Origin: Raja brachyura
Lineage: Eukaryota
Assembly (NCBI GenBank): GCA_963514005.1
Contig: OY740806.1
Location: 36,952,001-37,016,000 of the forward strand
Direction of reading: 5' to 3'
DNA length: 64,000 nucleotides
Shown here in pieces: positions 1-11,994 of this stretch. Below the pieces are notes generated by a model that did not search any database, had not been told where the DNA came from, and saw nothing but the letters and a program-made list of their open reading frames with translations. Position 1 is the stretch's first letter, and each line of letters starts with the position of its first letter. Position numbers and translations under genes: made by a program.

Positions 1-1282
1 TTAAATTCATTGTTGTATCTATCATTACAATCTGTTCACTCTGAGCTTCATGTGGTCAAGGAATTCCATTGCACTCTGGTGCATATGATGATAAGCTAAG
101 CTGAATCACTGGACAGATCTTTGTGCTTTGTAGCATTTGTTTATTTCTCTTTATCAAGCAGTAGCTTGTGTGAGACGAGGCCCACCTACAGCGCCAGGAT
201 TATTTCCAACAAATAGAAGTCCCTGTATGAAAGTCCCAATTTGGAAAACATCTATGTTTTACTATCTAAAACTCTTTGTTGAAAGGTGATGTGATCCAGT
301 TTTCTGCAACTTCTTATTCCTCACTAAATAACCTCCAAAGTGGATCTGGAACTAAAAGTCCGCACAGACGATTGCAGCATTTAAGGTGAATGAGACTGAA
401 GAGGAAAGTATTACAAGCAGAGGCACATCTGATAGTATTTTATCATGAATTTGGGCAGTGAGAAAAGCAGAAAAAGTCACAATGACCTTCAGGGACCTGT
501 TTTTCAAGGGAGGTTGTGTAAATAATAATGTTACAGCAAAAGAGATTTGAAGATAAAAACACAATCTGTAGCTATGATATAAGACAGTCAATCTCTTGGC
601 TGCCTGAGCAGAGAATAGCTTTTCTTAAAATTCATAGAAAAGCATGAGTATATTTTTTGCCTGAAACTGTATTTGATGGAGCATCTCAAATTGATCGAAT
701 AATTTTCAAGCATTGCCAAATGCTGGCCTATTCAGGGTCAAAATAACCTACTGGAATCACTCCTGTAAATGCACAGTGGGCTCAAAGAGAGGTGCAGACA
801 TGAACTCACAAAGTGTTTGGGTTTTCGTACATACAGATACGGATGTACAAGACAAAACAGTGAAGCAATTAAGCCACTTGGAGCTACCTCAATTCAAACG
901 AATACACCCACTAATCTGCAAATGACCTTCCAGGAATAATGAATTGGTTAGATTTGCAATTTCTCATTATCAACTCTAAATGTGAACCATTTTGCTTTAT
1001 TTGCAACTTTGAGACCTCCCAAGTGCCTATGTTTTTGGACCCATTCAACACCATTAATCAAGAGCGTTAGAGAGATGTATGGGAGCTGACCAATCCTTGG
1101 ATTCATGGCAATAGTTTCTTCAGAAGCTAATTCCGTGACTCCATGTTAACTTTCAGTCCAGCTTTTGATATTTGATTTATTTTGTTAACAAAGAAAATGT
1201 TAGGGGAAGGTGGAGGATAACAAAGTACTCTTGATTTTGATGTCCACCAGAATGCAATGTTTTGAGAGGATAGTTATGGAAC

Positions 1283-1660
1283 GCAGTAAATCCAGTGTAC
1301 TCAGCAGCCTTGATCCATAGCAGTTCGCCTACCGCCACAACAGGTCCATGGATGAAGCCATTGCCCTGGCACTACACTCATCCCTGGAACACCTGGATAA
1401 GAGAGACACCTACAGTGCGTCAGACTCCTATTCATAGACTACAGCTCTGCCTTTAACACCATTATACCATCCAAGCTGGCTTGGTGTCAACACTCATCTC
1501 TGCAACCGGATCCTCAACCTCCTGACCACCAGACCCTGAACAGTGAGGGTAGGGGATAAATCACATTCCCCGATTACCCTAGACGCAAGAATGTGTTCAC
1601 AGCCCTTTTCTTTACTCCTTGTACACCCACGACTGTATCCATGTACAAATCTAATTCAAT
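1283..1660 (+). mobile_element. degenerate Rex1/Babar-type RT fragment
   Basis: QFAYRHNRSMDEAIALALHSSLEHLD... and [14 protein letters not shown] remnants, homologous to the 7089-7649 ORF. Confidence 0.7.
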
Positions 1661-1664
1661 TTGC

Positions 1665-1850
1665 AGAAACCAATTAACCTACAAGTCTGCACTTGGGAAT
1701 GTGGGAGGAATTTGGAACATGTGGAGAAAGCCCACATGGTCAGAGGGAGAACGTACAAACTCCGCACAGACTGCACCCATAGTCAGGATCAAACCTGTGT
1801 CTCTGGCAATGTGAGGCAGCAGCTTTACCGCTGGGCCACCTTGTCACCCC
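1665..1850 (-). mobile_element. tRNA-derived SINE (HE1-like)
   Basis: Same family as 30060-30350, 41810-42070, 49040-49265 and 62170-62335. Confidence 0.6.
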
Positions 1851-2777
1851 CAATGCCTTAGGCCTTTGAATTTATCCATTTCAAATACCATTTGTATTAC
1901 CCTACCCATCTTTGTCATCACTTTCAATGAGCTATGGACCTGAACATCAAGGTCCTACTGTACATCTATGCACCTAACCATTTACTCTATTTCTTCCACC
2001 AGAATTTGCCCCTCCAAAGAGCATAACAGCCTGAAATTAATAGAAGAGACACAAAGGGATTGAGTCATCTATTGTTACATAAGGGAGGGAGATGGAAAGA
2101 TCAGTGATCTCCACCTGTTTGGGTAGGTAATCACCCTTCCCTGACACTTAGATCAACAAAGCAAGCCGTGCCTCTGAGTAAGGCACATTCCTTCAACAGT
2201 TCAATAACTCCATCACTTATTAGATCACCTCCACGCAATACTCTTGAGAATGATTACTGCACTGAATGCTGAAATGAAGCTCCCCAAGTAATGGTAATAA
2301 TCGAACAGAAATCCAAAAATGTGTCTGAGGGGAAACAAATATTCTGTGAAATGTAGTGTGCTTGTGGGTAGTAACTTGAATGACTGGATTAGCACACAGG
2401 GATGTGGCTCAGTAGAGAGTGGATGACAGCATCTCTCCCTTGTCCTGCTGGCAGCTGCTGTTATGTAAATCCTGCACAGCCAGATTGATTCTGCTTTGAA
2501 CTTGCCTGAAAAGAGAGAGAATTTTTAAAGAACTGGTTGCTCGTGTGTTTGACACGGTGAATCGAGGGTGGGGCCAAATGAAATTTAAATGTATTCTAAA
2601 GTTGGAGCAGAGTTTGCAGCAAATTTCAGCGTGCAGAGAAACTATCTGCCAGTGACAAACTGGGAGTAGGTTAGTTATGGTATTCTAATTGTGTAGAAAC
2701 AATCCCAGTCAATTATTATCATGGTCATCAGTCAAGATTGATGTTGAAATAACCCAATTATTTCCATTCTGCCTGGA

Positions 2778-3352
2778 TATATATAACCATATAACCATAT
2801 AACCATATAACCATATAACCATATAACAATTACAGCACGGAAACAGGCCTTCTCGGCCCTTCCAGTCCGTGCCAACCATTTATTTTCCCCTAGTCTCATC
2901 TACCTGCACTCAGACCATACCCTTCCATTCCCTTCCTGTCCATATACCTATCCACTTTACTTTTAAATGTTAAAATCGATACTGCCTCCACTACTTCTGC
3001 TGGAAGATCATTCCACACAGCCACCACTCTCGAGTAAAGAAGTTCCCCCTAAACTTCTGTCCCTTAATTCTCATGTCATGCCCTCGTGTTTGAATCTTCC
3101 TTACCCTCAATGGGAAAAGCTTATCCACGTCAACTCTGTCTATCCCTTTCATCATTTTAAAGACCTCAATCAAGTCCCCCCTTAACCTTCTGCACTCCAA
3201 AGAATAAAAATCTAACTTGTTCAACCTTTCTCTGTAACTTAGTTGCTGGAACCCAGGCAACATTCTAGTAAATCTCCTCTGTACCCTCTCTATTTTGTTG
3301 ACATCCTTCCTATAATTTGGCGACCAAATTGTACACCATACTCCAGAATTGG
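2778..3352 (-). mobile_element. CR1 LINE 3' fragment with (TATAACCA)n tail
   Basis: ORF 2991..3263 matches the ORF2 C-terminus of the 38113-38925 copy; 8-bp microsatellite tail at ~2781-2826. Confidence 0.9.
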
Positions 3353-3489
3353 TCAGTACAGTATAGAACTTTGTACAACATATGTGTCAGTACAGTATAG
3401 AACTTTTGTTTAACCAGTAGTAGTACAGTGATGCCAAGGTACATGCCAGTGTACAGACTGGAGGAACTCATATTTTCAAATGTTCAGAA

Positions 3490-3850
3490 GTTGTAGGCGC
3501 AGAATTAGGCCATTCGGCCCATCGAGTCTTCTCTGCCATTCAATCACGCCTGATCTATCTTTCCCTCTCAAACCCATTCTCCTGTCTTCCCGTAACCCCT
3601 GACACCCGTACTAATCATGAATCTGTCAATCTCCACCTTAAAACTATCCATTGACATTGCCTCTACAGCTGTCCATGCCAATGAATTCCACAGATTCACC
3701 ACCCTCTGAGTAAAATAAATTTCTCCTCATCTCCTTTCTAAAGGTACGTCCTTTAATTCTGAGGCTGTGGCCTCTGGTCCTAGACTCTCCCACTGGTGGT
3801 AACATCCTCTCCACATCCACTCTATCCAGGCCTTTCACTATTCAGTAAGT
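3490..3850 (-). mobile_element. CR1 3' fragment (second subfamily)
   Basis: MKGLDRVDVERMLPPVGESRTRGHSLRIKG. Confidence 0.8.
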
Positions 3851-4077
3851 TTCAGTGAGTTTGCAAAGGAGATGTTAAGATAGAAAAGGGTAAATCTGCA
3901 ACACAGATTAAACCATAGAAACACAAGTGCCATTCAGCTCAATGCTCCTACCCTGGCACTTTGATGAAACTAGGTTCAAATTAACAAAATGAAAACTAGA
4001 ACTCTTCTTCATAATTTATTTTCACAAGGCATGGAATGGAGTGGAATTTGGACCAGCCCAATCTCCAACCTTTCTTC

Positions 4078-4436
4078 AAAGATAGACACAAAAAGCTAGA
4101 ATAACTCAACGGGTCAGACAACATCTCTGGAGAAAAGGAATAGGAAACGTTTTGGGTTGAAACTTCCCCTATTCCTTCTCTCCAGAGATGCTGTCTGACC
4201 CGCTGAGTTACTCCAGCCTTTTGTGTCTATCTTTGATTTAAAGCAGCATCTGCAGTTCCATCCTTCCTTCTCCCTAGTGTTAAAGAAGGAACTGCAGATG
4301 CTGGAGAATCGAGGGTTACACAAAAAGCTGGAGAAACTCAGTCTGAAGAAGGGTCTCGACCCGAAACGTCGCCTATCTCCTTCGCTCCTTAGATGCTGCT
4401 GCACCCGCTGAGTTTCTCCAGCTTTTTGTGTAACCT
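4078..4436. mobile_element. Penelope-like (PLE) derived foldback repeats with hammerhead motif
   Basis: Inverted arms 4081-4231 and 4316-4435; CTGAAGA-AGGGTCTCGACCC-GAAACGTC at 4343-4370. Confidence 0.7.
4343..4370 (+). ncRNA. minimal hammerhead ribozyme motif (PLE type)
   Basis: CUGAnGA core, stem II GGGUC/GACCC, GAAAC, GUC cleavage triplet. Confidence 0.6.
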
Positions 4437-5264
4437 TCCTTCTCCCTATGTATTCCTAAAAAATATTACAACTTTCTAAATTTATGCCTGTCGTTATTTT
4501 TGAATCGTTCCAATGAAGGAACTTCCTTATTAATCGTTGTACCCGTAATGATTGTGGCAAATGCCACCTATCCCTATCTTTAAACAGCCATTGATGTGGA
4601 TGCAACATCACCCTCTTCTAAAGCTCTCCATTAACATTCACTTGGGAATAACTGTCTTTGCCTGCGTGTATTTTTATCTATCTCTTCCTCGCTGCTTCTC
4701 CTTCCCTGACTACAGCATTACTCCTATCACTTCCCCTCAACATTGTCATCTAAATGTAGACTATTATTTCCCATGCATATACTGATGACAACCAGCTCAA
4801 TTTAACCAAGTATTTTTCTCTCTCAATGTTGTCTGCTTGTATGCTTCACATTCAGAACTGGATAGTCAAAAGTTTTCTCTGACTACAATCTCTCTCCCTG
4901 ATATCTGAAAATAATCTAGATGATTTGAGTTCTATATTTGACACCCGAGGTGAATTTAAGATTGTACATCCATAACATTATCTGAACTCCCCAGGGTCCA
5001 AAATAAAGATAAATGCTGAGAATACTAAGCAGGCTGGGCAGAATCAGTGGAGAGTGGTGCGGAGATAATTGCACAGACGAGCATCAATTGCGAAAATGGT
5101 GTAAGCATGTTAACTAAAACTGAGCTGTCAGGAAAAGGTATAAAAGGAGGCAATACTGAGGAAAACCAAACCATGTTTCTCTCCATTAATGCTACCTGGC
5201 CCATTGAGTATTTCCAGCATTCTCTATGTTTGTTTTTATCTTTGTCATCTGCAGTTACTTTGGT

Positions 5265-5535
5265 TCCACCGCCCCTCACTCTGGCAATGGAGGAGGCCCA
5301 GGACAGAAAAAACAGCATGGGAGTTAAAATGGTTGACAACTAGGAGATCCAGTAGGTCTTGGCAGACTGAGCACAAGTGTTCAGTGAAAAAGTCGCCAAG
5401 TCTACACTTGGTTGCACTGATGTTCTTGACTGATGTCCTATTAGCCATGTTATCATACACTGGAGAATATCTGAAGAAGGGTCTCTCCAGAGATGCTGCC
5501 TGTCCCGTTGAGTTACTCCAGCACTTTGTGTCTAA
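5265..5535 (-). mobile_element. degenerate Penelope GIY-YIG / terminal remnant
   Basis: ORF 5245..5574 KCRLGDFFTEHLCSV...HFNS...SVLGLLHCQSE is homologous to the 63170-63517 ORF. Confidence 0.65.
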
Positions 5536-6619
5536 CTCGTATACTGGATGCTCACTCATCCCCAAAACTCTCAAAGTCCTTCTATAAGCTTCTTACCTCT
5601 CTGATAAAGCATTTGATTATTTGCCTTGATATTCTTTGTGCATAGTTGTTCGATTTTGTGTGATAACAGAACATGCCTGAGAAGCAGCTTGCAATGTTAA
5701 AAATGGAAATTTAGGGTGTGGTGAACATGAGCAATGCAGTTGAAAAGCCTGCTACTTTGTAACACTTCAATAGTTGGGATTCATTCCAACTACTAGATGA
5801 ATCAAGGTGTTCCCAACTATTCAGTTAGTAGCAACAGGCTGCCTGTGGCCTATCCAAACCCAGCAGATGGATGGAGATGCAAGTCAATCTCCACGGTATT
5901 GTGAATCAGTTGATCTAGCTTTGGCAGTGCCTGTTGGAATGTTGACGTTGGCCTCAGTCCTTTCAATCCAGGGATATTTATTGACTGAGACAGGGCTCTG
6001 ATTTAATTTCATTGCACTGTATTGATATGTGGATGCCAAGTGATCATGTGATCAGGCATTCCCTTTACATGTTGTCAGACTGCTGGTACTTTACAGGTTC
6101 AACAGAAATAAACTTAGAGAACACACCCACAAAAAACCCCAGCCTCTTGTGACCATTTAAAAACAAAGTAGACGGGTGAAATTGGGACCCATTTCTGTGA
6201 AGAATAAAGAATGGTCGGCAATTTTTCAAACAATAATTTGTAAAATCTGTGAGTTTCTATGATTTATTGAATGTGCACTTGTATGTTCACTTGCTCATCA
6301 TTTCAACTGTAAAACAATATTTTTTCTGACACTATATTTAATATTTACTTTCCAGCTGTCCTAGTCCACCTATTACAGAAGCAGATTTTAAACTAGATTT
6401 TAAGCAGAATGTTTTATCATTCTCAGAGTTTCAGAATAAATTGTGTTGCAATCCTCTTACAATGTTCCAAACATGTCATTGATCTCACTGAATGTATTCC
6501 AAAGACTACTGGAGTACACTGCATTTTTCCTCCACCAACCTTTGATAGGAATGATAAATGCATAAATGCTTTGAAAGGACAAACTGGGACATTTTTGAAA
6601 ATCAGGAATAGGAGGAGTA

Positions 6620-8563
6620 CACATCCACTGTACTCTTTTACATCCAGAACTGTGTTGACAACGTCACCGTCGACAAACTCATCCGGGTGGACCCCAACCG
6701 GAAGCCGTGGATGACAAAAGAGGTCCAAACTCTCCTCAAGGACCGCAACACCGCCTTCAGGTCTGGCGACAGAGCCCTGTACAGCGCTGCTAGAGCCAAC
6801 CTGAAGAAAGGCATCAGGGATGCCAAAGTGGCCCACAAGAGGAAGATAGAGGACCCTTTAACAGCAGGGCATCCAGCACATCACCAACTACAAGCCCAGT
6901 AACAGTACAACGGCCAACGGCGACGCCACACTGGCAGAGGAGCTGAACTCCTTCTTTGCTCATTTTGAGCGAGAACCAGAAGAGCTCGTCACCATTCTCC
7001 CACCAGCCCCTAACAACAACAACTACACCCTCACTGTGCAGGAGCATGAAGTGAGGCGGGTGCTCAGGGCGGTGAACCCGAGGATGGCATGACAGGAAGG
7101 GTTCTGAAGGAATGTGCAGACCAGCTCTCCGAGGTCTTCACGAAAATCTTCAACCTGTCCCTGTCCAAATCCATCATCCCACCGTGCCTGAAGTCTGTCA
7201 CAATCATCCCACTACCAAAAAAGCCTGTTATCAGCGGCCTTAACGACCACCGACCGGTCGCTCTCACACCAGTCATCATGAAGTGTTTTGAGAGGCTGGT
7301 TCAGCAGCACATCAAAGCCAGCCTACCGTCCACCTTCCACCCACACCAGTTTGCCTACAGAGCAAATAGGTCAACTGAGGATGCCATCGCCACTGCTCTT
7401 CACACTGCACTGACCCACCTCGAACACCAGGGGAGCTATGTGAGGATGCTCTTCATTGACTTTAGCTCTGCCTTCAATACCATCATCCCCAGCAAACTGG
7501 TCACCAAACTCATGGATTTAGGACTTTCCCAACCCATCTGCCTTTGGATCAAGGACTTTCTGTCTAACCGTCCCCAGACCATCAGACTGGGCCATCACCT
7601 CTACACCCCATCACACTCAGCACCGGCTCCCCACAGGGCTGTGTGTTGAGCCCCCTCCTCTACATACTCTACACCCACGATTGTGCCCCCGCCCACTCCA
7701 CCAACACCATCGTCAAGTTCGCGGATGACACGACTGTGGTTGGACGTATCTCAGGAGATGAGACAGCCTTCAGGAAGGAAGTCCAAAGACTGGCAGCGTG
7801 GTGTTCAGACAACAACGTCATCCTAAACACCACAAAAACAAAGGAAATTATCATAGACTTCCGTAAGAACAGTGCAGCCCTCCAACCCCTATGGATCAAT
7901 GGGGACTGTGGAAAGGGTTCTCAGACTTCAGATTCCTGGGCACACAAATAGCAGAGGATCACTCCTGGACCACAAACACCACCACAGTAGTCAAGAAGGC
8001 CCAGCAGCGACTCTACTTTCTGAGGATCCTCAGGAAAAACAACCTGGAAGAGAAGCTGCTGGTGTCCTTCTCCCGCTGCTCTATTGAGAGTGTGCTGGCG
8101 TACTGTATAACCTCATGGTATGCCAGCTGCTCTGCAGCGGACAGGAGAGCCCTTCAAAGAGTCATCAACACCGGCCAAAAAATCACTGGCTGCCCACTGC
8201 CCTCCCTGAAGGACATCTTCAGCTCTCGCTGCCTTGGCAGGGCAGCCAACATCCTGAAGGACCCTTCCCACCCTGGACACAACCTGTTCCACCGCTGCCC
8301 TCTGGCAGATGGTACAGGTCTTTCAAAACTCGCACGAACAGACTCAGAGACAGCTTCTACCCCATAGCCATACGTGAGCTTAACAATGCAAAATAAGAAA
8401 TAACACTCACATTCAACTGAATTGTTTTTTTATATGTATATATTTTTACCCTTCCTTATATTTTTAAGATTGTTCTTGTGAATCGCACCGTTGGATTGAC
8501 TTTTTAAATTTTGTTGCACCATGTGTAATGACAATAAAGAGATTTGTCTTCCTCTTCTTCTTC
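6620..8563 (+). mobile_element. Rex1/Babar non-LTR retrotransposon, 5'-truncated and frameshifted
   Basis: RT segments [51 protein letters not shown]; 3' UTR with AATAAA and (CTT)n-like tail. Confidence 0.9.
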
Positions 8564-8614
8564 TAATAGAAGTTCATTAAAATGTTCAAGCTCATAGATA
8601 GCGCTGGTTCTTAT

Positions 8615-8828
8615 AACCATTACAGCATGGAAACAGGCCATCTCGGCCCTTCTCGTCCGTGCCGAACACTTAGTCTCACCTAGTCCCATCTACCTGCACT
8701 CGGACCATAACCCTCCATTCCTTTCCCGTCCATATACCTATCCAATTTATTTTTCAATGATAAAATCGAACCTGCCTCCACCACTTCCACTGGAAGCTCA
8801 TTCCACACAGCTACCACTCTCTGAGTAA
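8615..8828 (-). mobile_element. CR1 3' end fragment
   Basis: FTQRVVAVWNELP...GYGPSAGRWD. Confidence 0.85.
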
Positions 8829-10757
8829 AGATTGGAGAAAAACTAGGCACTGTCTGGCCAGTTTTGCTCATTTTGCCCACATCACCGTTAGAAAGAATAA
8901 ACCAGGCAATTGTTTATTGTATCCTGCTATACTTGAAGGTGAGTATTACGTTTACCGACAAATGGTGTCAGGATTTCAAATGGTGCGTAAAACTAAAATG
9001 CAGTACATTTTCCATCCTTGTACAACACAAGTGAAGTCAGTGGATTTTTATGACAATTGGTAGTTTTGAAGCAATTTTTATTTCTATTTCAGCTAATTAA
9101 AACTCTAGTTGATTAGAAGGTGAGGTGGTGTGTAAAAACAAGGCTCTTTTCCTAAATGGTGTACAGGTGTGCAGCATTATTTGAGTATATTCATTTTATG
9201 AAGCAAGTCAAAGTGCTTCATTACAACAGACCAACAGGTGAATCTTTCCACTTGCTAACACTAGTAATGTCCATATAATCTGGGTGGAATCAGAAGAACC
9301 AGTGCAATGAATCAGGGAATTTAAAACAAAATTAAATCACTAATAAAACCGTGATTATCCACCGTCTTTTATTGGCTCACAGTTCAATTTAATCAATTTG
9401 GACCCCAACCTTGAAACTGGCCATGTTTCCATTTCAAAACGACCAGATCTTGCTCAGAGCTGATCTACCACAATAATAGTAAGAACCTACCAGTTTGAAG
9501 TTTGATCTTTATTTTATGAGGAGTACCGATGAGGGATTACGTGATGAACCCCGCCAGTCCGCATGCGCGTCAATCTTCAAAGCAACAGTGTGAAATCACA
9601 GATAACAGTAATTGAAGTGACATAGTAAGATTATAAACCTAGAACTACCAGATGACCTTTGTGATATGAGGGTTTGGAGCGGAGGGTACGTAATCCCTCA
9701 TTGTTACTCCTCATAAAATAAAGATCAAACTTCAAACTGGTAAGTTCTCATTTAATCTTACTATTTTACTTCGGAATAAATAATCATAATAGTAACCCCT
9801 CTCATCTGAGAGGGACTACACAACTGAACCTAAACTAGAGTTGGCAAAACTCCTGGTCTGACAATGGGTTATTATAAGTATTTGGAAGGTTTGACCGTCC
9901 TGCAGCTGCTAGCATGTGGTCCAGCGGAACGTAAATAACCCTTGCTACTGATGTTGTAGCAGACCTGGTGGAGTGATTTAACACCTTCTTATATAGCTTT
10001 GGAACTAACAACATTGATAGTTCAGAGCCTTTAGGCTCTTGGTGACCTTGACATATTGTTCACATAACTGAAGGTCCCTGAATATGTCATGAAACTAGTT
10101 TGGGACCTGACTCCCGTTCTGCCCTGCTTAACTAAAACATAAAATATAATATTATTTGCAGATGTAACCATCCTGTCCAGTCACAATTATGTAGCGACTG
10201 AACCCGTTGCGCTGAGACCAGCGCCATGAGGATAACCACCCTATGAGATGGCCAAAGCTAGGATGTAGTTGGAGCCCCCAGCGAAACAGTGCCAGCACAA
10301 TGTCAGTATCTATACTGCCCTGTACTTGTCCTGGGGTAACTTGTGTTGATGATCCTTTACAAACTCGATATCTGGGGTGAGCCCGACAGAGTGGATCCAA
10401 TTCGCTGCAGCAATATGATGGGAAGGCAATTTGGGCACAGTTAATGGCCCTATAACTCAAGTATTGTCAAAGGGCTATTGGAAAATGAACTTCAAGTTGT
10501 CAGTATCTGTACTGTATTAAATGTAACATAGCATTAAACAAAGCTCTTCCCATCTCCTGGAGAAACTGTACAGCTTTTTTGGGATGCTATCCCTGCCCTC
10601 TGCAGTGAGTCCATACATGGGTTGGTAGGAGCAGTCTACTCAGAATCTGCAAAAGAATATATTGACTTTATCATGCAGAGGCTGGTTTTCCAAGCCACAG
10701 GCTGACCAGCAAAGCTTTACGTGTAGAATAACCGTATAAGGTTGTATTAATGAGAGG

Positions 10758-11016
10758 CCCACAGGAGCCGTTGGAAGAGGGGGGAGGAGCAACACCCGGC
10801 TGCTGAGTATAAAAACCCAGCGCGGGGCTTGCTCCCACAGGAGCCGTTGGAAGAGGGAGGAGGAGCAACACCTGGCTGGTGAGTATAAAAACCCAGCGCG
10901 GGGCTTGCTCCCACAGGAGCCATTGGAAGAGGGGGGAGGAGCAACACCTGGCTGGTGAGTATAAAAACCCAGCGCGGGGCTTGCTCCCACAGGAGCCGTT
11001 GGAAGAGGGGGAGGAG
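10758..11016 (+). repeat. 76-bp tandem repeat, ~3.4 copies, each full unit containing TATAAAA
   Basis: TATAAAA at 10808, 10884 and 10960. Confidence 0.9.
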
Positions 11017-11216
11017 GCACAATCACTAACGTTCCATTCAGATAAGGGTTTTTTTTGAGGAAGCCGCTGATTGGTGGGAAGTGGATTAGAGCAAGCAGCT
11101 GATTGGCAGTCAGATTCCAGCAGTTTGTAGTGTACTGTATTTTGTATTGTATCCAGGGTAAGTGGGGAATTGTACTTTGTATTGTGTTGATATTGTATCC
11201 TGTGTAAGGGGGGAGT

Positions 11217-11900
11217 ATGAAGGCCAGGGCAGTGTACTGTTCTGGATGTCGGATGTGGGAGGTCAGGGAAGCTGATAGCCCTCCAGACGTCCACATCTGC
11301 GCCAGGTGTGTCAAGATGGGGGTCCTAAGGGACTGTGTTAGGAACCTGGAGCAACAGCTCGAGGACCTCCGTCTGGTCAGGGAGAGTGAGGAGGTCATAG
11401 AGAGGAGTTACAGGGAGGTGGTCACTCCCGGACCACGGGAGGCAGACAAGTGGGTCACTGTTAGGAAGGCCAAGAGGCAGGGACTAGTGAGTGCACCGGT
11501 AGCTGTACACCTGGAAAATAGGTACTCATGTTTGAGTACGATTAGAGGGGACAGCCTACCTGGGGGCAGCAACAGCGGCCGAGCCTCCGGCACAGAGACC
11601 GGCCCTGATGCTCATAAGGGTAGCAAAAAGAGGAGGGCAATTGTAATAGGGGACTCCATAGTTAGGGGGTTAGATGGGCAATTCTGTGGATGCAGTTGGG
11701 AGACCCGGATGGTAGTTTGCCTCCCTGGTGCCTGGGTTTCGGATGTGTTGGAGCGTGTCCAAAAGATTCTGAAAAGGGAGGGAGAGGAGCCTGATGTTGT
11801 GGTACACATAGGTACCAATGACATCTGTAGAAAAAGAGCAGAGGTCCTGAAAGGAGAATTTAGGGAGTTGGGGGGAAGGGGGCTAGGGGACAGGGTGTAG
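11217..11900 (+). pseudogene. CR1 ORF1 (CxxC...CxxC zinc finger, coiled coil, GDSIVRG esterase), C-terminally truncated
   Basis: YCSGC..HICARC, VIGDSIVRG, VVVHIGTND. Confidence 0.85.
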
Positions 11901-11994
11901 GGCAAGAGGCAGAGAGAGAAGGGAAGCACTCGGACCCAAAATGTTGGCGAGAAAGAGGAAAAAGATAATAAACAGAGAATAAGGGATGGTGGGT

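Noticed and set aside
10640-11398. Minus-strand ORFs of 252 and 207 aa
   Set aside because: Antisense to the CR1 5' repeats and ORF1; repeat-driven open frames.
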